The notes below the pieces were generated by a model, which saw only the letters and a list, made by a program, of their open reading frames with translations, did no database searches and was not told where the DNA came from. A stretch of DNA of 64,000 bases from an uncultured delta proteobacterium (GTDB lineage: Bacteria; Myxococcota_A; Polyangia; Fen-1088): positions 352,001 to 416,000 of the forward strand of contig CAVYGB010000008.1 in the NCBI GenBank assembly GCA_963767925.1, read 5' to 3'. This document shows positions 28,633 to 41,483 of this stretch, piece after piece; the first letter of the stretch is position 1; every line of letters begins with the position of its first letter. The position numbers and the translations under genes were made by a program.

Positions 28633-29295
28633 TCACGCCGGTCCCTGGGCCGCGCGGCGGTTCTGCCACCACGCCCGCAGGTAGCCGATGATCCCAGGCA
28701 GCAGGGACAGGAAGATGATGAGGATGATGAGCTTGTCGATGTGCTTGGTGATCCCGGGGAACTTCACCGCCAGGCCGTATCCCAGCCAGGTCATGCTCAG
28801 CACCCAGAAGATGCCCCCGAACACGTTGTAGCTGAGGAAGCGGCGATACTCCATCTGACCCACCCCCGCCACGACGGGGGCGAAGGTGCGGATGATGGGC
28901 ATGAAGCGGGCGATGATGATGGTCTTGCCCCCGTGCTTCTCGTAAAACGCTTTCGTCTTGAGCAGGTGCTTGGTGGAAAAGAGCAGCGACTTCTCCCGCT
29001 TGAAGATGCGGGGGCCCGTCTTGGCCCCGATCCAGTAGCCCAGGGTGTCGCCGGCGATGGCGGCCAGGGAGACGAAGATGTTGACCCACAGGATGTCGAG
29101 CAGGGGCTTGCCCGCCGGGTTGGACGAGGTGCAGAAGATCCCGGCGGTCACGAGCAAGGAGTCGCCGGGCAAGAAGAAGCCCACCAGCAGGCCGGTCTCC
29201 GCGAAGATGATGGCGACCAGGCCGAGCAGGCCGCCCCACTCGACCAGACCCTGGACATCATAGACGCGGCGAAACAGATCGATCAGGTCTTGCAA
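28633..29295 (-). CDS. dedA: DedA/VTT family membrane protein
   Basis: IFAETGLLVGFFLPGDSLLVTAG and ARFMPIIRTFAP. Confidence 0.93.
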   Translation of the reverse strand: MQDLIDLFRRVYDVQGLVEWGGLLGLVAIIFAETGLLVGFFLPGDSLLVTAGIFCTSSNPAGKPLLDILWVNIFVSLAAIAGDTLGYWIGAKTGPRIFKREKSLLFSTKHLLKTKAFYEKHGGKTIIIARFMPIIRTFAPVVAGVGQMEYRRFLSYNVFGGIFWVLSMTWLGYGLAVKFPGITKHIDKLIILIIFLSLLPGIIGYLRAWWQNRRAAQGPA

Positions 29296-29374
29296 GCGCG
29301 GGCTCCTTGCGGTTTGGGACGAGGACCTAACACGACTGTGGCGGAAAAGGAAAAGGGTGTCGACCTTTGCCGCG

Positions 29375-29860
29375 TCAACCGGTAGGTGGTCGGGCCTTGC
29401 CCCCCAGCTTGACGATGATCTTCCACTGCTCGGGCGTCACCGGCTGCACCGACAGGCGGCTGCGCTGCAGGAGCACCATGTCCTCGAGGCCGGCCGTCTG
29501 CCGGAGCTCGTCGAGCGGGACCTCCCGGGCAAACTTGCTCTCCCAGCAGATATCGACCCCGAACCAGCGCGGGGTGTCGCGCGGCGAGTCGGCGTCGTGA
29601 TAGTCGGAGGCAGGATCGAACTGGGACGGATCGGGGCGGCCCGCCCCCACCACGCTGGCCGTGCCCGCGACCGCGGGCGGGTCGGCGCTGGAATGGTAAA
29701 AGAGCACCCCGTCCCCAACCTTCATCTCGTCGCGCAGGAGGTTTCTCGCCTGATAGTTTCGCACCCCATCCCAGAAGCTCGTCTTCCCCGGCGCCCGCGC
29801 CAGGTGGTCGATGGAGAACACGTCCGGTTCGGACTTCATCAGCCAGTAGCGCTTCGCCAT
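29375..29860 (-). CDS. EVE domain protein
   Basis: YWLMKSEP, WDGVRNYQARN, FYHS and SRLSVQPV. Confidence 0.95.
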   Translation of the reverse strand: MAKRYWLMKSEPDVFSIDHLARAPGKTSFWDGVRNYQARNLLRDEMKVGDGVLFYHSSADPPAVAGTASVVGAGRPDPSQFDPASDYHDADSPRDTPRWFGVDICWESKFAREVPLDELRQTAGLEDMVLLQRSRLSVQPVTPEQWKIIVKLGGKARPPTG

Positions 29861-29906
29861 GTCCGTCGATCCGGGGCCTGACCATACCAGGCGCCGGGGC
29901 CGGCGC

Positions 29907-30722
29907 ATGGCCATCGTCGCGGCGGTCCTCCTGCTGGGCGCGGCCGCCCTCCTGGGGCTGGGCCGGCGGCCGCTCGAGCGGCGGCTGGTCTACGCACCCA
30001 GCCGGACCCTGGCGACAACGCCGGCGGCGTTCGGCCTGCGCCACGAGGATCTGACCCTCGAGGCCCGGGACGGCGTTCGCCTGCACGCCTGGCACATCCG
30101 GGTCCCCGAGCCGGCGGGGCTGGTGCTGTTCTTCCACGGCAACGGGGGCAACATCGGCGACCGCCTGCCCCAGGCCGCCGCCTTCGCCCGCGAGCGCCTC
30201 GACACCTTGCTGCTCGACTACCGGGGCTACGGGCGCAGCGAGGGCACCCCCTGGGAAGAGGGGCTGTACCTCGACGCGGAGGCGGCGTTCTCCTGGGGCG
30301 TGCGCCGCGGCCTGACCCTGGTGCTCTACGGTGAATCGCTGGGCGGCGCGGTCGTCGCCGAGCTCGCCCTGCGGCGTTCGGCCAGCGCGGTGGTTCTGCA
30401 GAGCACCTTCACCACTCTGGCCGACATGGCCGATCGCGTGGTGCCCCTGGTCGGGCGCTGGCTGGTGAGTCAGCGCTTCGACACCGCAGGCAAGGTCCCC
30501 CACATCCGCCAGCCGATCTTGATCGTCCATGGCGCCGCCGACGACCTGGTCCCCCACACCATGGGCGCCCGGCTGTATCAGCTGGTGCCCACCCAGCGCG
30601 AGTTCCTCTCCCTGCCCGGCGTGGGCCACAACGACGTCGCGGCCCACGCCTCGGAGATCGCCCGCCGGGTGTCTGCCCTGGTGGTTCGCAGCGCCGGCCG
30701 CACCCTTCAGGGCCCGCTGTGA
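29907..30722 (+). CDS. Alpha/beta hydrolase (ABHD13/Bem46-like)
   Basis: FHGNGGN, DYRGYGRS, GESLGG nucleophile elbow, HGAADDLVP and GHND. Confidence 0.92.
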   Translation: MAIVAAVLLLGAAALLGLGRRPLERRLVYAPSRTLATTPAAFGLRHEDLTLEARDGVRLHAWHIRVPEPAGLVLFFHGNGGNIGDRLPQAAAFARERLDTLLLDYRGYGRSEGTPWEEGLYLDAEAAFSWGVRRGLTLVLYGESLGGAVVAELALRRSASAVVLQSTFTTLADMADRVVPLVGRWLVSQRFDTAGKVPHIRQPILIVHGAADDLVPHTMGARLYQLVPTQREFLSLPGVGHNDVAAHASEIARRVSALVVRSAGRTLQGPL

Positions 30723-30746
30723 GCGGGCCCGACCGGCGCGGTCACC

Positions 30747-32042
30747 TCAGTCTGCGCACTTGAAGCGAACGAACATCACCTCGTCGAGGCGCTCGTTCTG
30801 GTAGACGACCGCGTATTCGTCGGCCATGTCGTTGTAGACAACCGCGGGGAAGCGGCCGATGTCGTCGATGACGACCTGCCCCGGCTTGAGCTGGCCGCTG
30901 GCCTGCATGCGGGCCAGGAAGATCCGCTGCCCGGGGAAGCCGTAAAAGCCGATCAGGCTGGTCATGAGGCCACCCGAGGCGATGGTCGGCCAGTTGCCGT
31001 TCTCGTCGTAGGCCCGCTGGGGCGTCCCCACCTGGGAGCCGTCGGCGCTGGCGGTGGTGGCATAGATGGCGGCCTCGCCGTCGCGCTCGTCCTCCCAGGC
31101 CAGCACCCAGCGCTGCACGTTCCACTGCACGACCGGGTTGGTGGCGTCCTCGTCGAAGCCGGTGCGCACCACCACCTCGGTCTGCACGGTGAGCTGGGGG
31201 TCGAGCAGGGTCAGGACGATCTGGGCCATGGGCTTGTTGCGCTGGTAGATGACGGCCACCCGGTCGTCGCTGACCGCGACGTGGGGATACTGCCCGTCGC
31301 TGGCCTCGTCGAACGTCCGCACCGGCTGGACGACGGTGCCGTCGTTGTCGAGCCGCGATACCCGCGCGACCGTGCGCGCCGGCAGGCCGCCGGCGGCGGC
31401 CACTCGGTCGCGGTAGGTGATGTAGAGCTGGTTGTGGCCGGCCGCCACGTAGGGGCGCCGTTGCACCGCCGCCACGGGGGAGATGACCACCGGCGGCTGG
31501 CCGCCGGGCCGCCCGTCGGCCCCCAGCAGCACCGACTCCACCGATCCCATCGTGCAGCCCGCGGCGTTGTTGCCGTCGCAGTTCTCGTAGACCACCACGA
31601 ACCCCTGATCATCGCTGCGGGGGACGATCTCCGGGCTGGTGGCCTGGCCGGCGGTGTCGGCGATGAGCACGTCGCCGAACCCGGCGACCCGCGCCCCCGC
31701 TGGCGTCAGCCAGGTGGCGTAGATGTTGCTGCCGCTGGCGCGCTCGTCGGCCCAGACCACGAGGTAGTTCGTCCCGTTCCAGTGGATGGCCGGCTGTCCC
31801 GAATGTGCGGCCGCGTTGGTGACCCGCACGGGGCTGAAGACCGGGCAAGCGGTGGGGGGAGGCGGATCGGCGTCCTCTTCGGGGTCGGCGTCGGGCGTCG
31901 GGTCGTCGCCGTCCGGGCTGGCGGCGTCCTCGTCACCGCCCGCGTCCGGGATCGGGATCTGGTCAGCGTTGCCCCCGCAGCCCTGCACGGCGACGAGGAA
32001 AAAAACACCCCATAGAAGCGGAGCGCCAGCGCGCAAGCTCAT
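30747..32042 (-). CDS. Hypothetical lipoprotein with an acidic linker and beta-rich (propeller-like) repeats
   Basis: Lipobox VQGC; DAG/DP-rich linker; repeated WNG...VVW.DER...IYA units. Confidence 0.75.
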   Translation of the reverse strand: MSLRAGAPLLWGVFFLVAVQGCGGNADQIPIPDAGGDEDAASPDGDDPTPDADPEEDADPPPPTACPVFSPVRVTNAAAHSGQPAIHWNGTNYLVVWADERASGSNIYATWLTPAGARVAGFGDVLIADTAGQATSPEIVPRSDDQGFVVVYENCDGNNAAGCTMGSVESVLLGADGRPGGQPPVVISPVAAVQRRPYVAAGHNQLYITYRDRVAAAGGLPARTVARVSRLDNDGTVVQPVRTFDEASDGQYPHVAVSDDRVAVIYQRNKPMAQIVLTLLDPQLTVQTEVVVRTGFDEDATNPVVQWNVQRWVLAWEDERDGEAAIYATTASADGSQVGTPQRAYDENGNWPTIASGGLMTSLIGFYGFPGQRIFLARMQASGQLKPGQVVIDDIGRFPAVVYNDMADEYAVVYQNERLDEVMFVRFKCAD

Positions 32043-32381
32043 CTAGTCCTCCGGGCCCCAGTAAATGTAGGCGGGTTCGAACAGTGTGTAGCATGAGCGA
32101 CGGACCTGTTCACTCGGGGGCGGCGCGGGATCATGGCGGGATATCGAGTCATCGAATAATGGCTCGTGACGACTAAAGATCGCGCCCTGGAGCCCATGGA
32201 GAATTGCGTTGGGGATAATTGGAATATATGAACGTCGGGACCAGATCGAAGAGCGGCGGTTCGGTGCCAGCGAGACGCAGTCGAGGCGCCAATTAGGCGG
32301 GTAACCTTCTGCGGGAGAGTCTCGCGAAATAATAGCGGACCACGATGGGTTCACAGCCCCTCGTAGACCGCCACGCTCAGC

Positions 32382-32516
32382 CGTCGCTGTGGCGCACCTA
32401 CAGCTCGCACACCGATATCGCGGTTTTCTGATCCGCTGAACGCAACGGCGACGACTACCTCGCCTTTTTCAGTTCGCCTCCGCCCTGATTGCCTTCAACG
32501 CTTCGTCTCGTGCGTA
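32382..32516 (+). mobile_element. Degenerate IS5-family transposase C-terminal remnant
   Basis: With frame corrections it reads RTYSSH.RYRGFLIR..RNGDDYLAFF.FASALIAF, matching the IS5-type tail ERTxSWLNRFRRLxIRWE...YLAFLxxAxALI. Confidence 0.6.
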
Positions 32517-32588
32517 ATCCACAGGTTTCAGCGGTTGGCTCCTGAGTCGGGGTAGCGACTGGATTCCGTGTGGAACCATCGGCTAATC

Positions 32589-34679
32589 TCACGAGTCCGT
32601 GCATCGAAAATCATCCGAGCAGGAAAACGGCGGCTCGCATTCGGGGCGTCCAGTCTCACTGTCCCTTCGGCAACAATCCTGGCCCATTTTTCCACACGAA
32701 CTGGGATCCACGCAGATGTTGCGGATGTTGGGAACGAGCGGGAATTTGCAGGGCACAACGGGGCATACGCGTTGGTTAGAGTTGCCGCACGAGTTGGTAT
32801 CTACGCAGATGCTCTCCCGAGAACTCCTGAGGCACGCCAGGCTCCTGCCATCTGGAGTAAAGCGGCAGGTGCCATCACTACAACATGGCAGATTGAGCTG
32901 GCCGCACGTTATGCATTGACCGTTCGCGCATCCCAACCCTCCACACTCGTTGTTTCGTTCCGGACCGTTTACACATCCGCCCGACCCGCAGTCCCGGCAA
33001 GCGCCGCAATCTGCGGGCATGCAAATCGATTCGCAAGCATCCCGTTCAGGCCGACAGCGCTCCCCACTCTGGCACTGCCTTGCCTGGCAGGCTCCTCCTC
33101 GACATTCTTCGCAGTTTCCGCAGGTTTCGGTGTTGCTCTGGCAAACTCCGCCTCGACAAGTGTTGGGTTTGTCGTTGGTCTTTCCGGTGCAGGTCGAGGA
33201 TCTGTCTCCGCAGGGCACGCCCTCCCTGTTCCTAGGCCGACACTCACGTCGTCCCGACGAGCAGTCTAATCGGAATTCTCGGCATTCCTCGTTGCTGTCG
33301 CCGCAGGGTGCGTCTTGAATGCAATCAAGGGCGCAGCTTCCCCCCCGACATATCCGATCGGAACCGCAAGCTTGGCCCTCCCTGCCTGAACTGCATGTAC
33401 CACCCGGTCCTGTGCACGTCTGGCAACCGTTGCACATCTGGGTGCAGCACCGGTTGTCGGCGCAACGGTTGGACAGGCACTGGCTTGCAGCGTCGCAACT
33501 TGCTCCGTTGGCTCGTCTGCAATCGGGGTCTTCGGTGCAACCCGTGGGGCACTGGGCATCGGCAGGGCCGCACGCCCGCGGCATCTCAATGCACTCGAAG
33601 TTGCACTGGCTCTCACTGCCTCGTCCCGTGCGGAGCGTATCTCGGTCACTGCGACACTCGCCTCGTCTTCGTGCGCATTCAGCTGCCGGTTCGCACGTTT
33701 CCCCGCGTTCGATGACACTGTTGTCGCAACTTGGCTGGCAATCACCGTCGTTGTTGCTGTTGCACCCGCTGGGGCAACACCCATCGCCGGAGGCGCACAT
33801 CGTTTGCAGTCGAGAGTTCTCGCAAGTTGCCCTGCAGGTTCCCGCGTTGCGAAGCTCTCGTAGTTGGCAGCCCATCGGCGGACAGGAGGCAGGACAGGAC
33901 GACAGAGGGTCGCAGGTCTCTCCGACGTCCTTCACACCGTCGCCGCAGCGGATTTGGCAGTCAATGTCATTTCCCGTGTTGCAGCCTGGAGGGCAGCACC
34001 CATCGCCCGCGATGCAAGTCGTTTGTAGGCGGTCGTTCACACATTCGGCGCTGCAGGTCCCGGGATTTATTAGCTTGCGGAGCTGACAGGCGTCAGCGGG
34101 ACAGCTTGTGGGACAAGAGTCGGGCGGGTCACAGGTTTCGTTGCTTTCCTTGACGCCATTCCCGCACACGACGGAACAGTCACTGTCGTTGGTCGTGCTA
34201 CATCCGGGGGGGCAGCACTGGTCGTTCGGCTTGCAGATCGTCACCGCCTCGACTTCCACGCAGGTGGCCGTACATGCACTGGGGGAGCCTTGGAGCGAGA
34301 ACGCTGTGCAGCCACGATTGGGACAACTCGTAGGGCATGCGGCTATCGGGTCGCACGTCTCACCACGTTCGAGAACCCCGTTTCCGCACTGGGCCGCACA
34401 GTCCATGTCCGTGATGCTGGAACAGGTTTCCGGGCAACAGGCATCGCTGGTCACCAAGTCGCAGATGGTCCCGCACCCCTGCGTACTCGAAGGTAGCCCG
34501 TCCCGACTCTGGGCCGAACCGTCTGCCACTCCTCTGACCCCAGAATCTGTCGCCGTTGGAATGCTCGGGTCTTCCGCGGTGTACTGGTTTGGCTTGTTAA
34601 GGCAGTGCGTCGCAAGCAGGGTCGATAGGAGCGCCAGGTTCGGTCGTGAGCGGGCCGCCCTCAGAAGTCGAGCTTTCAT
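32589..34679 (-). CDS. Cys-rich repeat surface protein, probable lipoprotein (696 aa)
   Basis: Signal-like N-terminus ending LATHC; about four ~73-aa repeats starting CG(N/D)GV...ETCDP (myxobacterial Cys-rich repeat-like); lower GC than the flanks. Confidence 0.8.
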   Translation of the reverse strand: MKARLLRAARSRPNLALLSTLLATHCLNKPNQYTAEDPSIPTATDSGVRGVADGSAQSRDGLPSSTQGCGTICDLVTSDACCPETCSSITDMDCAAQCGNGVLERGETCDPIAACPTSCPNRGCTAFSLQGSPSACTATCVEVEAVTICKPNDQCCPPGCSTTNDSDCSVVCGNGVKESNETCDPPDSCPTSCPADACQLRKLINPGTCSAECVNDRLQTTCIAGDGCCPPGCNTGNDIDCQIRCGDGVKDVGETCDPLSSCPASCPPMGCQLRELRNAGTCRATCENSRLQTMCASGDGCCPSGCNSNNDGDCQPSCDNSVIERGETCEPAAECARRRGECRSDRDTLRTGRGSESQCNFECIEMPRACGPADAQCPTGCTEDPDCRRANGASCDAASQCLSNRCADNRCCTQMCNGCQTCTGPGGTCSSGREGQACGSDRICRGGSCALDCIQDAPCGDSNEECREFRLDCSSGRRECRPRNREGVPCGDRSSTCTGKTNDKPNTCRGGVCQSNTETCGNCEECRGGACQARQCQSGERCRPERDACESICMPADCGACRDCGSGGCVNGPERNNECGGLGCANGQCITCGQLNLPCCSDGTCRFTPDGRSLACLRSSRESICVDTNSCGNSNQRVCPVVPCKFPLVPNIRNICVDPSSCGKMGQDCCRRDSETGRPECEPPFSCSDDFRCTDS

Positions 34680-35034
34680 GAAGACTCCGAGTGTTGCAGG
34701 ATTCTTGGACGCGAGGCAGAAGGTGCCCTCCTACATCAGCGCCCCTGCGCTCATCAAGCTGCAAGTCGATGCAGCTAGGGGTCGTTTCGGAGCGAACGCT
34801 TCTCGAATTCCGTGGGCGTGAGGGGTCGGTCGCCGGTCCAGTGCACGCATTGTCCGAATCTCAAACGAACGCGAAGGTTCCTTTCCTGTGACGCAGCGCC
34901 GGCACACGCGCTAGGAGTTCAAGCCCGGCGAAGGTCTAAACGGACCAGTGAACGAAGCGGAACGGTCCAGCGGCGGCGCGGCGGCAGCGGATACGCTCGA
35001 GAACTCGCGTCGTCATTTCCACCAAGGAGCTTCC

Positions 35035-36356
35035 ATGTGGTGCCGTCCGGTCCTCCGTCTCGTTCCATCCCTCGCGCTCGCGGCGCAGCTCGCCTGTACG
35101 GCGCAGGCCCCCGGCGGCTCAGGCGGTAGCGGAGGCGCGGGCGGCGGCGGGACGGGGGGGGGAGCGGAGCCCCGACCGCAGGTCGGCCGGTGACCCCGCC
35201 TGGCTCGGGCGGTAGCGGGGGCGCGGCGGGCAGTGGCGGGGCGGCTGGCTCGGCCGGAGCGCCGGGTAGCACCGGCGGCGCCGGAGGCAACGGCGGCTCC
35301 CAGCCCCGGACGGACGCCGGCGGTCCGAGCCGCGACGGGGGCGGTCCGGCCGACGGCCGCGCCCCCGATGTCGGGGGGCCCAACAACGCCGGCGCGGGTC
35401 CCACCGCGCCGCCACCGCGGGAGTTCCAGACCCCCGGCATCGTCGTTTACTGGGGCCAGAACGGGGTGGGCAACCGGATTGTCGACACGACGAAGCATGA
35501 GAAGTCGCTGGCCGATACCTGCCAGGACAACCCGCACTACGAGATGGTCGTCGTCGGGTTCGTGATCGATTTCTTCAGCATCGACAACGTGGATAGGACC
35601 CCTCGGGTCAACTTCTCCAAGCACTGCACCAGCGTGAACGCCTACGATGCTGACCACAAAAGGCTCTACCGGTGCGATGAGATCGCCAGAGGGGTGAACG
35701 AATGTCAGCGACTCAACAAAAAGGTTCTCATCTCCCTGGGCGGCGCCCCCGGTCCGGCCAGTCTGTATGGGTTCAAGAATGACGACGAGGCGCGCACGTT
35801 TGCTCAGACTACCTGGGATCTTTTCCTGGGCGGCCAGTCGAATTTCCGACCGTTCACGACTGCAATCCTAGACGGCGTCGACCTCGACATCGAGCGTGCG
35901 CCATCTACCGGCTATGCAGCCTACGTGACGAGGCTCAGGCAGCTCATGGATTCAGATAAGAGCCGCCGGTGGTACGTCACCGCCGCGCCCCAATGCCCCT
36001 TCCCCGACGCCCACCTGGGGCCCGGGCCCGGACGGGCGCTGGGGGACGTTCCCCGGCTGTTCGATTTTCTCTTCGTCCAGTTTTACAACAACTTCTGCGG
36101 GCTCTTTAACCCGGACTTCTTCCAGTCGAGCTTCAACTCCTGGGCCGGAGTGGGCCCGAAGATCATGGTGGGCCTACCGGCCCGGGCCGACGCGGGCGGC
36201 GGCTTCGTCGGTCGCGGCGGGGTGCCGGCTGTGCTCAACCGGGTGAAGGGTTCGCCCAACTTCGGCGGCGTGATGCTCTGGGATGCCTCCTACGATCAGA
36301 ACAGCGAAGAGGGCGGCGTCCGCTTCAGCCAGTTCATCGACACCCAGATCCCCTGA
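35035..36356 (+). CDS. GH18 class III (hevamine/Cts1-type) chitinase lipoprotein, frame broken at the G9 tract 35154-35162
   Basis: SD AAGGAG plus ATG 35035; lipobox-like QLAC; Gly-rich linker; VVYWGQN, KVLISLGG, LDGVDLDIE (DxxDxDxE), AAPQCPFPD, VQFYNN and GGVMLWD. Confidence 0.9.
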
Positions 36357-36377
36357 CCGGCTGGCTCGGTCGCTCGC

Positions 36378-38314
<1,937 letters not shown>

Positions 38315-38415
38315 CAGACCCACATGGTAGCGCAGGCGCCGGCCGGGGCCGCCGCGGCGGTGATGTGTCAGGGCGCTTGGCGTGGCGTGGGTTTCGGGGT
38401 AGATGTCCTCCCGCC

Positions 38416-38685
38416 ATGGCCGAGAAAACCGAGTCGTCGAAGCCCGCTCCCGCCAAGACCCAGGCCCCCTCCGGGGAGGCCGCGGAGCGCTGCCAGGTCG
38501 CCAAATGCAAGCAGCCCATCCGGGCCAAGGGCTACTGCCGCAAGCACTACCTCGGCTGGCGCCGCGGGGACCTCGGCAAGAAGGCGCGCTACAAAACGTG
38601 TAGCAAGGAAGGCTGCCGCAAGCCGGCCACCGCCGCGGGCCGCTGCGCCGAGCACAAGAAGGGCGCCGCTGCGGAAGCGGCCTAG
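38416..38685 (+). CDS. Small basic protein with two C-x4-C...C-x2-H zinc-finger-like motifs
   Basis: CQVAKCKQPIRAKGYCRKH and CSKEGCRKPATAAGRCAEH. Confidence 0.75.
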   Translation: MAEKTESSKPAPAKTQAPSGEAAERCQVAKCKQPIRAKGYCRKHYLGWRRGDLGKKARYKTCSKEGCRKPATAAGRCAEHKKGAAAEAA

Positions 38686-38740
38686 CCAGCGCCCGGCACC
38701 CGCCGTCCCGGCGGATCGCTTATTGCTCTGAAGGTCCGTC

Positions 38741-40001
<1,261 letters not shown>

Positions 40002-40008
40002 GGTCCGC

Positions 40009-40723
40009 ATGCCGAGCAAGCGAAGCAAGCGGGCGGCGCCGGCCGGAGGCCCGAGCGCCCAGCTCGACCCGGCGACCCGACCCCTCACCCTGGCCCTCCC
40101 GCGCGGCCGGATCCTCGAGGAGGCCATCGCCCTGTTTCAGCGGGCGGGCATCGATCTCAGCCCGGTGACCGCCGCCCGGGCGGGCCGCCGCCTGATCATT
40201 CCCCTCGAGGAGGAGGGGCTGCGGGTGCTCATCGTGCGCGACACCGACGTGCCCGCCTACGTCGAGTACGGCGCCGCCGACCTCGGGATCGCCGGGCGGG
40301 ACGTGCTCGAGGAGCAGGGTCGGGATCTGTACGAGCCCGTCGATCTGGGCATCGGGCGCTGCCGGATGGCGGTGGCCGAGCGGGTCGACCACCCGGTCGA
40401 CGAGGCCGCCCACCTGCACCTGCGCTACGCCACGAAGTTCCCCGAGATCACCCGCCGGCACCTGCAGTCCCGGGGCATCGTGGCCGAGGTGATCAAGCTC
40501 TACGGCTCGATCGAGATCGCCCCCCTGGTGGGGCTGGCCGACCGGATCGTCGACCTGGTCTCCAGCGGTGAGACGCTGCGGCAGCACCACCTGCGCGAAG
40601 TCGAGACCGTCATGGAGGTCAGCGCCCGCCTGTGTGTAGGCCGGGCCGCGGCCAAGCTGGCCGCCGACCCGCATCGACGACCTCGTGCGCCGCCTCGAGG
40701 AAGCCGTCCGTCAGGCGCGCTGA
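40009..40723 (+). CDS. hisG: ATP phosphoribosyltransferase, short form (frameshift ~40669)
   Basis: [44 protein letters not shown] and DLVSSGETL. Confidence 0.95.
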
Positions 40724-40784
40724 CCGTCATTTTTCCCAGCCTTTTCCTTTATTGTTGGTCGCTTCCTGGGCACAATTGCCACTC

Positions 40785-41483
40785 ATGCCCGGCACCGACC
40801 TCCGGGAGTTCCTGAGACGAGAGCTGCGACGGCACCCCCGGGTGGCGCATCAGACTCTCTTCGAGGGGGAGCCTGCGCAAGAACGTCTGGCGGCGCCGTT
40901 GCCCAGCTTCGTTCCGTTCAAGGGTCAGGCCTATTTCGCCGGCTTGTGGCTGCTCGACTGGGACCACCGGCTCCCCTCGCGCGACCTGGTGCTGCGCCTC
41001 TACGCCTACTACAGCGAGGATAGCCGCCAGCTCGGGTTGCGCAGCCTGGCCGAGCGCGACGCCCAGATCACCCGGGAGGACCTCTTCCCCGAGTTCGACG
41101 TCCCCGACTACGCAGGCCTTTTCGCCGACGAGGCCTACGAGAGCGAGCTGACCCTGGAGGGGGAGGCCAAGCGGTTCCGCCTGGTGAGCGACTGGCGCCG
41201 CGAGGTGGAGCCGGGCGTCGGGCGCAAGGCCGAGGAGATCGTCCGGGTCTCCACCGCGTTCCGGGAGCTCGCCAGTCAGGTCCGGACCCGGCCGCCGGGC
41301 CTCGGGGACCTGGAGGCGGCCGAGTGGGCGCCGCCCAGCGAGAGCGGGCACGCCCGCTGGGGCATCGATGTGTGGTATCTGCGCAGCTTCAACGGCATGG
41401 TGGGGGAGGGGACGGCCTTCCTCGTGGACGTCGACGAGGGCCGGGTGGTGGGCCAGCGCGACTTCCAGTTCCGTGCCGGATGA
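40785..41483 (+). CDS. Hypothetical protein
   Basis: ATG 40785; strong GC3 bias; coupled to the downstream gene; no family recognised. Confidence 0.7.
   Translation: MPGTDLREFLRRELRRHPRVAHQTLFEGEPAQERLAAPLPSFVPFKGQAYFAGLWLLDWDHRLPSRDLVLRLYAYYSEDSRQLGLRSLAERDAQITREDLFPEFDVPDYAGLFADEAYESELTLEGEAKRFRLVSDWRREVEPGVGRKAEEIVRVSTAFRELASQVRTRPPGLGDLEAAEWAPPSESGHARWGIDVWYLRSFNGMVGEGTAFLVDVDEGRVVGQRDFQFRAG

Noticed and set aside
29858..29861. Overlapping divergent start codons (CATG) of the EVE and hydrolase genes
   Set aside because: ATG 29907, directly before the hydrophobic anchor, is a more plausible hydrolase start and leaves room for promoters.
32071..32085. GGGTTCGAA as a tRNA 3' end or att site at the island edge
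   Set aside because: No complementary T-stem or CCA end, and no duplicate copy seen.
33319..34821. Long + strand ORFs rich in Gln/His/Ser
   Set aside because: Antisense mirror of the Cys-rich gene (reverse complements of TGY codons).
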